Assembly (NCBI GenBank): GCA_977030845.1
Contig: OZ365118.1
Coordinates: 16,926,001-16,990,000, forward strand
Length of the DNA stretch: 64,000 bases
Reading direction: 5' to 3'
From: Fimbriosthenelais zetlandica
Lineage: Eukaryota
The notes below the pieces were generated by a model, which saw nothing but the letters and a program-made list of their open reading frames with translations, did not search any database and was not told where the DNA came from. The translations under genes were made by a program, and so were the position numbers. How positions within the stretch are numbered: the first letter of the stretch is position 1; each line of letters starts with the position of its first letter. Positions 21,742 through 32,500 of the stretch are shown in pieces.

Positions 21742-22152
21742 ATTCCAGTCCGGGAGTTTGTAGGAGGCAGGATGCTAGTGTCAGGCAGAAGGGCTACTAG
21801 ACAAGATGGCGGCAAGCGTCTCAAGCTGCAAGGGATTGTGGGAACTCACTGTTGTTAGCAACCAAGGCAGCAACGGGGGAAGCCCCAACGTCATGAACGT
21901 GACGTCAGCATCTCGCGCCATATTTCAGCCAAACCCACCATAACGGTCTCGACTAACTTCTTCTTTCGAATCCGAAGCGAGCAAACTCCATGCCTAACGG
22001 CTCTGTAGTCCAGAGTGATCCTGGTTCCTTCTTCTATAAGGCTGACCAGTCCACAGGTCCACTAATGGCTCGGAGTATGAGAAATAATGTTAAAAACGGG
22101 AGCGCTACATCCCCACCAGTACTACCGCCCCGCCACCTGGCGGGGATTAACC
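21742..22152 (-). promoter_or_regulatory. LINE 5'UTR and probable internal promoter
   Basis: Lies between the TSD and the ORF1 ATG and is CpG-rich relative to the flanks. Contains a GC box (22125-22130), a CRE palindrome TGACGTCA (21900-21907) and YY1-like motifs (about 21916-21925 and 21802-21812). L1-clade elements use internal Pol II promoters. Confidence 0.6.
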
Positions 22153-22167
22153 GTCTCTCTAATTGTT
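22153..22167 (+). repeat. Target-site duplication, right copy (GTCTCTCTAATTGTT)
   Basis: Identical to 15676-15690 and abuts the 5' end of the element. Confidence 0.93.
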
Positions 22168-24540
22168 AATTGACGTTTTATGTTTATAATTCCCTCCATT
22201 TGACTTCCCATAGAAGAGAGCCTGGTCCAGAACTCGGGTCTTGCTGGCAGGGTGAGAGTCGGCCCGTGAGGGAGCCTTGTAATTTGTGTGAGAGACCATG
22301 CTGACATTTAAATGACAGGTGTGTGTAGGCAGGTTAGCTAGCCGCCCGCCATCTTGGCCGCCGCGCCGGGTGTAAGGCAGGGATGACACCCCAATTATAC
22401 ACGTAAAGGTTGTGTCTGGCACATGTAACGACTCACCACAAGTCATTACGCTACACCATGTCTAACTTAGACCTTTCATTATGTATAACTGCCTTTTACT
22501 ACAGGTCTGTAAGCTACACTCTCAGAAAAGTTCACAGGACTGCTCCGTTAAAAAACGGGACAACACTGACAAGAAGGATCGTCATTGTCCCGTTATTCCA
22601 TTGGTTTTACCACTGTTAGTTCTTTGATTAGGTTCTAGATTGATTTCTTTCATTTGTCGATTGTATTTCAAGTTGTAGATTGAATTGTCGTCTTTCTAAT
22701 TGTGAATTGACAGCTAGTTTTTAGAGTGTAAAGAGTCAAATTCTCAAGTAAGCATAAAAGAAGGCGCAACAATCCAAACTTTAACTTTGTTCCACTCTTC
22801 AACTTCCCAAAACATATGTCTATAAGGAAAGAAAGAATGCCCTGCTATAGCCTGCCAGTAGAAGAGTGACAGAAAGGAAGAAGTCTCTCAAAAGTTCACT
22901 CCAGAGAATGAATTGGACCTTTCTTAAATGCCATCCATTAAGTCACAAAAGAGTGCAGTTTCATCCTCCGTGCATTCACGCCTCTGTCTGTGAAATGAAG
23001 GAGGTGGTGTATGGCTCTAAAAGACATATATATACTTCCCGAGTCTTCCTGCTAGATGATTCATCCACTTGAGACGACATCTGTTCCCTCATCGTCTGAG
23101 AATACGGTGATGAGGTGTTGTTCAATAGAACGTGATATAGCGCCGGGTTATTGGCGCGCATACCCAATGTGGATGGATCACTATAGCCCTGCTTCCTCTA
23201 TTATCGTCTAAAATCTTTATATTTCCATTTACGCCTGTCCGCCTAATGTCCAATCCTCTCTGAAAAATTCATAGGGCAGTATTGCACCAAAACAGTGGGA
23301 ACATGGCGTTATGGCCGCTCGCAGTCGTCCCATTTTGTTGTAGCCACTATTTTGCAATGCTTTCCACTGTATTTTTTATGGTTCAGATGTATAAACGCAA
23401 TATGTATTTGCCATGTACACCACCCTAATGTGGTTCAGTTAGGCTGTACCTTATTAGTTTCATTCCAGTTAGGGTGAAATTCACTTTTAAGTTTAAAGTT
23501 TTAAATTTCATATGTCAAGGCACCCGACTCTGATAAGCTTTCCAGTGAAACATTACCTTTGGTAGCGTTCAGCTTTTATAATTCGCCTCACTTGGCTGAA
23601 TAATATCACATATTTCTTTGAAAACTTGATACTTAAAGGACTTCCTTTTATGTTGAGCCATAGAAAATATCGCTGCGATCAGCAACAGCGGCAGTAGCAG
23701 TTGAAGACAGTATAAATGCTGCAGAAAGGACCCAATGTATGGTTTGTGAGGAGCAGCTCAACTTGGCCTGTATGGTCGGTACTGAGCAGCTCAACCTGCC
23801 TGGGGAGAGACTCGCTAGGCCCACACCACTGTCACCCACCCACTCACAGACACGGGACACAGTCAGTTTATTCAGCCTCTCAGCATAATGCTTCACAAGG
23901 CGAGCAAGTCTGAATTGAGCTGCTCCCAAACAAACCCTTGCCGAGATCTGCCTTAAAACACCTCCCAAATTACCGCCCGAAATTAACCGTGGCACACTGG
24001 AAATTGGAAGCACAAATTCTGCAATGTGATGCCCTAGTGATTGTTATGCTAATCGGGGGTGGGGGCCTTGGATAATTAAGACAAGGAAAATGGGGCTTTC
24101 ATTATAGTGCTGTTGATGATCGGCATCCATGTATTTATTAGGGCTGATTATGCTTCATTGTAGAATGATTGCGACTTGTGACTTGCTCATTAGCAAGCTG
24201 GCGGATTTCAATGGGGACAATATTTATAATTACTAATTTATACACTTTTTTGGATGATTATAGTTACAAGTAGCTCTGGTTTTGTCAAACAAATGATCAT
24301 GTATGGCTATGATCTTTGTCCAGCAGATGATCATGTCAAGTGGCTATGATCTTGCCAGTTAAGTATGAGAACTTCATGCACTTTCTCTATCAATGTGGGC
24401 TAGCAGAGTTTTGCCCTGAAGGAAATGAGTTGTATTTTGAGTGTGAATTTAGAGCCATGTGATGCTCGTTGGATAGATGATGATGTAACTTGGGAATGGG
24501 TCTGGAGAAATAATCTGTGAACTCTAGCTGCGGCATCCAG

Positions 24541-24582
24541 CTGTTATCAGTTACCTGTTATCAGTTTCCTCTTATCAGTTAG
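24541..24582. repeat. 14-bp tandem repeat x3 (CTGTTATCAGTTAC-like), each copy with a TTATC core
   Basis: Read directly. Confidence 0.75.
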
Positions 24583-25439
24583 AGGGGAGCCACCCTGCAT
24601 ATTAAAACGGCTCATTCCGTGTTAATTTGCCTGCGAATCCTCGGAGAGAACGCCAATATGGCCAGCATACAAAATACACTGTATTTGACAGTATACCCGA
24701 TATTATGATCATTATAACCCCTGTAAGTCTATTCACTATGTCTGAAACACTTGCAAGTCATCTTGGAGTACTAGTATAACTACTGCCATAGAAATTGCCC
24801 CCGAATATAAACATATGTGAGTCAAAACCATCCAAATATGAATATAATATAATACACAAGACAAAGTCTCAGAAGGAATATGAACCCTTTTATTTGTATG
24901 AGAATGTTTCTGTCTGGATTTGCATTAATATGTCTACTGTTACTGTCAGCATTACCACTCAGCTTCAATATTGTGGAGTGTTGTCAACGATCCACAGATC
25001 GAGTCACTTCATATGGTGTGACACTGCCGGGAAACACTAAATCACGTCACTGTACTCAACGTATTGTTAGAGAAAATAACCGGCAAATATATAAAGAAAA
25101 CTTGATCTATTGGCTTGTACACATATTTCACCAATCTCCTCCACTCAAATAATATCGTGAATTACATCTGAAATTGGACATAAAGCCATTGTTTCCAGGC
25201 CTGAGGCTTAGTTAAGGCTTTAACATTCATCTTTAAGAGGCGCCGTATCTACTGGAGGCAGGCAAGAGTCAAAAACGAGTGTCTGGCAAAAGGATTCTTT
25301 GGCAAATAAAAGACTTTGAGATGTATAATACATGAAGGCTAGGAGTACCTTGGGGAGTCACAATGCAATTACATGGGATCACAGACTGACCTGCCTGCCA
25401 CATTAATTCTCAACACTGATCTAAAATGTCCCCCGATCT

Positions 25440-25790
25440 CTCCAGCCCAAACACACTCCCTCTACTCTCTCCTTCTCTCTCCTTCCGTCTCATTCTCTCT
25501 TCTTTCTCTCTCTACCATTATCTCAATTTCACTCATTCTTTTCTTCTCTCACTTCACTCTTCCACTCTTCTCTCACTTCCCTCTTCAACTCTAGCGTCTG
25601 GTCTCGTTGTGATCTAATTTCTGTGATATTCAGTTCTATCCTCGACCTGTCTCCTATATCTGTCTCTCTTGGTGTTTGATTGTCTCTGCTCCTCTTGCCT
25701 CTCCTGTCTCCATTGTCTCTCCCTTTATCTCACCTCTAATTTCTGTGCTATTCTAGTTCTATCCTCCTGTCCTCTAGCCCTGTCTGTCAT
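25440..25790 (+). repeat. Pyrimidine-rich (CT) low-complexity tract with an internal direct repeat of about 30 bp
   Basis: CT-rich; TCTAATTTCTGTG..TATTC..AGTTCTATCCTC occurs at about 25613 and 25735. Confidence 0.7.
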
Positions 25791-28700
25791 GGTGGTTCTG
25801 TCTATTTTATGTCTTAACCATTCCCACTGATGTACTTTCTTTCATTCGCGCGAACAGCAGAGAGGCAATTCCTAATCCTACAAAGCAGGATATTGAAAGA
25901 CTGTGAAGTGGCTTCCTACTGAGTGGGACTAATATAGTGTAAAAGCACAGCACAGCTCAACATATGCATATATGACAATATGCTGATAGGGCTGGCAAAA
26001 CGAAATATATTCCTCTTTACTCAGATTTGAGGAGAGTTTGAATATATACAGCACGAAATATGGATAAATAGTTGAATGGTCTAATGCAAATTTATACAGA
26101 AATGGTTGCAGTCGAAACTGATGTTATTTTTCAGTTGAACTTAGACAATAATTTTGCACTGCCTTACTGAACTATTGATTCCGGGGTCAATACATTTTGT
26201 GGTTCAGCCTTTGATCAATTGTGGTTAAATATTCACCGATAGCCCAGGGGGATTTAGTATTGGCAGACAGTGAACAAGAGAGAGAAAAAATATGAAGGGT
26301 ACTGATTAAGATTGGTACCATTTTGGTCTTGGTTAGTTTATATACTTCCTATTGTCCAGGTAATGTACCTATAATAATTCAATTTGAGTTTTTTTAGATT
26401 CATACATGTCTCCCAAATCTTCTAGACATTCCCACATGTGTCTGAACACCCTTTATATACCGTAAAGTTAATCGTTTTAGTCAAAGTAGGTCGTCCCCTT
26501 TCCTCATCTCTCGACTCAACAAGAATTCCATTTAATCAGGGTAATAGATTTAAATTTTCACCACATGAGGATGGTCGTGGAAACACTAACGAATCATGGT
26601 AGTTAACACTAATATTTGGTTTGTCCAAATTACAAAATTAATGGGAATGTAAAGGTTTACAAAAATAGCATTTGTACAGAAAATTAATTGCATTTGAACA
26701 CTAATGGCATTTGCTAAAAAATGGCATTTAAGGAGCAGTGTGTAGATGTTAAATATTGGGGTGTACAGTAAGAGGTAACTGGGAGCATGATATACCGCCC
26801 ATCGTATTACTCAACTCGTTATGATTCAGGCAAGTTTTTTTTATCCTTAGCCCGAGTCCTCTGGGAGGATCAAGTATGGGAAGGGCATGCTAATTCCCAA
26901 TTTGCGAGGTTTGCACGTGTTGCCAGCACTCATTGCCTCCAACCAATTGCTCCCCGCGACCCACCCCACCAGCGGCACAGCCAACACAACATTCATTTGC
27001 TTCCCAATTAAAACATCAAAAAATGACTCCATTGGGTCGCCGGTAGACTGCATTGACGATCCAAAGCCCTATAGTCAATATCCTTTAGAGATGAAAGACA
27101 TTTGGTATGTCACTGGCTGTGAGCAATCCTTGAGATAAAGTTAAGCTAAATGTTATCCATTCACTATATGAATTGTATTTGATTCCCTTGATGAAATGCT
27201 TCCGTATTCAGGTCAAGACACAAGGGAATTATAATTAAACATTTAATTGGATCTTGGGAGGGATTTGTCTTGCTTTGAATGAAATGCTTGCAATGTTAAA
27301 ACAATTATTGGTTGGGCGGCCAATGATGAAGGAGGGCGGGATAGTCCATGTTGTAATCAGTCTTTGACTTGGTTTGTTTCTCTGAAATCGGCGACCTGAA
27401 TGAAATCAGGAATAAATACAATATCTGAGTTGAAAGCCACGCTTTCTGTCAATTTACAATTAGTTGGCTCGTATTGCAATGCTCGCCTTCCTTTTGGAAA
27501 TAAAGCTCTGTGATAATAATGCCGTTTGCAGCCATTGAAATTGGGATCTAGAGCACTGTCAAGTTATGTTGACTTTACTTCCTGAAAAACAAGAAGTATA
27601 TTAACACTTAGTCCTTCCTACTGCGGATGATACATGTATTCCTGGAACCATTATTCCTCTTAGATATATATATTTTCTATAACATATTTTCGAGAAAATG
27701 TTTTTTGGTCCATAAAAGAATGTTAGGAATTTTTGGAAGAAATACACGTAGGCCTTGTTGTGGTTGTACTAGTAGAGAGACCTTCTAAATAAAGCATTGG
27801 ATGTTTCCACGTGCCCCCGGCCTGGTAGAATGGCCCACTCTAACAACCGACGTAATTGAAAATAAGGAAGAATTATTGAAGGTGCATTCTCTCGATTATC
27901 AAGACAGCACCAAGCCTCAAAATGAGCCGCTTCTTTTGAGATGTGTGGCACTGCTATTAAGGCCTGGGCTGACTAAGTGGATTTGCAATCGGATTAAACT
28001 CAAATTAGATGCCCATGGCTTTTCTCAATTCTCATTACCCTTTGTCATTTCAATAATAGGCCTAGGATAGTACTCTAAAGTTTCCCCTCCAGCATGTAAA
28101 TTTGCCTATTGGACTTCCCTTTGGCAGTGGGGAAGAACCATAATGGGCAGTCCATTGGGGTTTATTTTAATTATTTTCTATTTTAAGATGAGTCATCTGA
28201 TGGTAAATCGGTTTAATGGACGCGGAGCTTTATTTGGTTAATGCATGTATCTTATTAGAGGAGGATGGGGGGAGAAGCTTATGGGATAATAAAGGGGTGA
28301 ATGGGAGGTGGATGGTTGTGAGAAGGACAAGCCTGGAAGCTTGTATTAATCTGGTTATACCATGTTCAGGTTCGTGACTCCACACTATTATCACCCCCGA
28401 CACTCATGTTTATGCAAATGGATTCTGTTCTTAGGATCTACCAATGTGGGACAATGTATTAGACAAGAGCACTTAATGACACAACATGGAAATGTTAATC
28501 TCCTCCGCATGATAAACAGTTTATTAAATGCGATTTATCGATCACCATATTAATCCAGGCGCATTTATCATTGATGGAGCGGTACGATCATTCAAAACTC
28601 CAAGAATTAATCCTGAGAAAAAATCCTTTGATTGCGTTAAAAATCCCTATGGGCTATTAACATTACAAAGGATGTTTTCTAATGGGAATGGAATAGTTTT

Positions 28701-29344
28701 GTGCTTGAAATTTTGGGGACATTTATTTGAGTTTGGTTTGAAAGATGACGCTGTAAAGTTAGCATGTTTTCGACTATTGTGTGACAGTTTATGGCTATTG
28801 TTCCCCTGGTGTTCTTCTGTCTCTAGAGATAAGCAAAACTTTTGTCCGTTTTTTGCTCTGGTTTCCTTCAGGGAAGGAACCCAGTACTCTGACCCCTTTT
28901 TATGTGCCCTATTTTAAGACTATGCTGGTTGTCTCTTGAGCTTGTGGCTTCTGGCACATTATTCCATTTTTAGAATGTCAGAGAAAAGGTAGATGGGGAG
29001 AAATATGGACAGATAGATGGACAGACAGACCAGAGATAGGGATAAGGTGTGTGAAGTTAAGATATTAGCTGCAGTAGGTAACTATTAAAGGTGTTTTAGG
29101 ACAATAGTTCCACTATTATTTTGTTGGATGAAATTAATGAAATGTGGTAAGGTATGACCACTCATCAGTATTCAAGGATTAGCCTTTTCTCTGAGATAGC
29201 TCAAAGTAAATGAAACATAAATTGGACCTAAAAAGGCAGTTATGTGGTTATAAACATGATCCTTACGAGGCCTGGTCTGGACTGCCTCTCTGTACACTGG
29301 GCCTACAGCCTGTAATATGAGTTGATATGAATGCAGGACCTTAC

Positions 29345-29590
29345 CTTCAGCACTGTCATAGATAACTGCCACAGTTGCCCATTTGTAGCGTTTGGCCACC
29401 TCAGTGGCAATAAACACGATGTCCATGGGGTCCGGGGCGATGGAGATCATGTTGTAGGGTCGATATTGGTGATGCTCAAGGGGAGAGGTGACAAAGTAAG
29501 GTATTCCAAACTTCTCCGTGGCTGTGGCTAGTGGTACAACATAGGGTCCGATCATGGCTGAGATGTTGGTGGTACCAATCTCCATGTAAG
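29345..29590 (-). CDS. iGluR coding exon 3 (A-YMEIGTTNISAMIGP...KWATVAVIYDSAE)
   Basis: Acceptor tattttcctctgttgcag| and donor GAAG|gtaagg; 246 nt. Carries the ATD motifs AxIGP, GIPYF and W-x-x-VAVIYD. Confidence 0.93.
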
Positions 29591-32500
29591 CTGCAACAGA
29601 GGAAAATAGATAGTGTTGGTGGAATCTTAATAAATGGCTAATATCATCGCTCCAGTCTGAATGACCATGTAATTGGTCATTGCTATAGGTAAAAGGGCAG
29701 TTGTCAAAAGAGTATAGCTGAATTGCCAGGCAAGGACATAGGTGTCAAAGGGTGTGTGTCAGCAGTTGACAGACAAGTGCGGAATTGAATTGACAGACTC
29801 GGCATATAAAGGCGCAATCTACAGTGGCTTATGTCGGGCCTTGTCACGTTAAGACACAATTGTCAATAGTCATTTTCAGCAGTTAGTAAAAAAGGCCAAA
29901 TAAAGATTTAGCAGTTTACAGAAGCAAGCCAAATGAATATCTGATAAGAGCAAATGACAGCTGAAGAAAAAAGAATGTGATGAGATATTTAAAAAAAAAG
30001 ATGATGTTCTCCCATCCTCACCCCTGGGGGGAATATCCTTCCGCTTGATAAATGTACAAACTAGTTTGTTGGACCACATTTCTTCTCAAAAGCAATTACC
30101 CTGAAAGCCAAGGGAGGATCTATTCATAGTTAAAAGGCCAGGAGGGTAGATAGCACGCCTGCCACCCGACCGGTAATCACCAAGGAGAAGTTAGCAAGAA
30201 AATCACATTGAAATGGGGGTGGGTGGAAGAGCAATCCATAGTATAAATAAAAGAAAGCCTTTATCTTTCTTTTCCTCCTTTTATCAGACGATCATACAAG
30301 CCAATTGAGTCAAGTCAGATATATTCAATTACATTCAAATGTATTTCTTTGATTTCTTGATACTCTTGAAAAGAAAAGTCTTGTTGGAAAGTTGATTAAT
30401 AAGATTTGATATAGGTGATACATTGCTTCAGATGGTGGATTAGAGTTACATGTTTCCATGTAGGGTATGTGATGTACCAGGGAAAACATCTCAGAGGATG
30501 AGATAAAACAAGCAGTTGCTTAGACAGAAGAAAATACTTGTCAATATGTGAGAATCCAATTGCAAATGAAAATACTCATGTCCCTCGTGTTCGGATCTAC
30601 GTCAGAATGGTAAAATTCAATTCTCACCCTGCATATGAATCCGCCTAACTTAGATTACATGATTAAATTGGCATATGCAGGGAGAGATTTACCATGGCTG
30701 TTTTGCCTTTCCAATACAATATAAAGCCATTACAGGACAAGGACCCCGTGGAGTGGAGAAAGGTGGCAATGTTACCAGAGTAAATTGATAGCCCCCAGTA
30801 CAGATAAGAAATTATAACAGAAACGATGCGAGTTGAGTGTCTCCTATATATACTGTAATTCATACATATTCACAAAGCTGAATGTATAGAGGAGTGGGCT
30901 TCTATTTGTCGGTGTCAGACGTCCTCGTCGAGTTGCCACCCTCTACTTGACATTATTCGTATTGCCTGGACGGCGGAGTATTCGTGTAATAAAGGCACTA
31001 AATCATGGCACGGTTTCTCCCCTCTTCCTTAATTTGTATTCATGACATATTTGATCAATCTGGGATAGTGAGGACTTGTGTGTGATTTATCTATTTATCT
31101 ATATATGTAGTGTTTGGGAGTTGATGGGCTTGTGGAGTGGGGCAGGCTGTATGGTTAAAAGATGGCTGCTTTTACATTGCATTCCATGCATCCTATAGCT
31201 GGCTAGCTTGCTCTATTAGGATGCCTGCATCATGGCACACTTGCCATATACTACTGCCTTCTTTTTGCTTATATGAGGGAACGAACATTAGCTAATAAAG
31301 ATGGCTACTAATGGAGAAATCATGGACAGTTTTGCTAAGCCATATGTCTTGCTGGATTCCTGCAGTTTTTCCACCATAATTATGTTAATGTGTACACTGG
31401 ATTTTCTGCTGCAAGAGTAACTGCACTAGCAGGGGCTTGCTATTTGTGAGCGGTGCCTAAATTGTGCTCAATTTGTGAGTGGTATGGCAGATATGGCAGT
31501 TGAAACAATAGAAAATTCAGTCACAAGGGCGAGCGAAATTGGAATACTTGGAAGGCAAAAGAACCCCAGTGGAGCTACCCCATTTATAAGGGTATTTGAA
31601 ATGGTACCGAATGAAAAATTAATCATATCAAATAATGTGAAAATTGGCCTCAGGTGAACTGGGACTTTGGATGACCTTACTCGGCCGGATTTATAGACAT
31701 TTATGAACATAATATGTACTTCCCTCTTTGTGAGGAAACAAATATAATCCTAATTTATGACTATGCCACATAGTTCACAAATGCATCATTCAATTGTGAA
31801 TGTGACAGTTTAATATGTGCACCAGCATAGCCAGCTTGCACCGAATGACCTCCATCTTGATATAACATTTGAATATCCTGTCATATTTGTACATTACTCA
31901 ATTACTTGCTGGATTTATGTCCTAATGACATTCCGACAGACTTGAGACGAGTCCTGTACTCATAAATACCCTCCCCATGGGTGACTGTATAAATAATGAC
32001 GAGGGCTGAAAATATTCCACCTAATACTTGTACCACATGCACTAATGGGGTTTCTAACTGGTGCACATTTTACTGCTCAGTTTAGAACAAACGCATGGTG
32101 TGAATGCGGGCTGGGTTTAGATGGTGTAAGGTGGATACCAGAGTTGTGAACTCTGTCGACATATCGGCCTGACACAAGTGGCACTTTGGCACGGTGAAAA
32201 CATAGAAGGCTGCCTGCACTTGTCACTCGCCCATTGTTTACCGTCCAGTCTCGTCTGTCTGTAATCCATCTCCGGGGCTGGACCATGTTTGCCTGGCCAG
32301 GGCAAAGGTCCCGCACTTCTTCTAAAGACCAAATCTTTTCCACTCAGAAATCTCCTCCAAATCCGAAATATGAAATGCTTTTAACAGCAGAATATGATTA
32401 CAATTTGTCTACCAAAATTACCCTGTGTTGTTTCAATGTCAGTTTTATTTTTCCTTAAGTTGAATTAACCAGGTCTGGGTGGTTTAAGCTCATCTAATCC

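Larger units (their letters stand above)
15691..22152 (-). mobile_element. Full-length non-LTR retrotransposon (LINE), L1/Tx1 group, 6462 bp
   Basis: Bounded by identical 15-bp direct repeats. The 5' end starts GGTTAATCC. Layout: 411-nt 5'UTR, ORF1, spacer of about 365 nt, ORF2, 3'UTR with AATAAA and an A tail. The reconstructed empty site reads TT|AACAA, similar to the L1 endonuclease TT|AAAA preference. Confidence 0.96.

Noticed and set aside
20942-21763. Long plus-strand ORFs antisense to ORF1 (119 and 151 aa) as an ORF0-like gene
   Set aside because: Non-ATG starts, low-complexity products and no recognisable motif; most simply shadows of the ORF1 coding strand.
31475-31657. ADMAVETIENS peptide resembling ATD helix A
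   Set aside because: Wrong strand for the receptor; the real exon 2 lies at 39488-39649.
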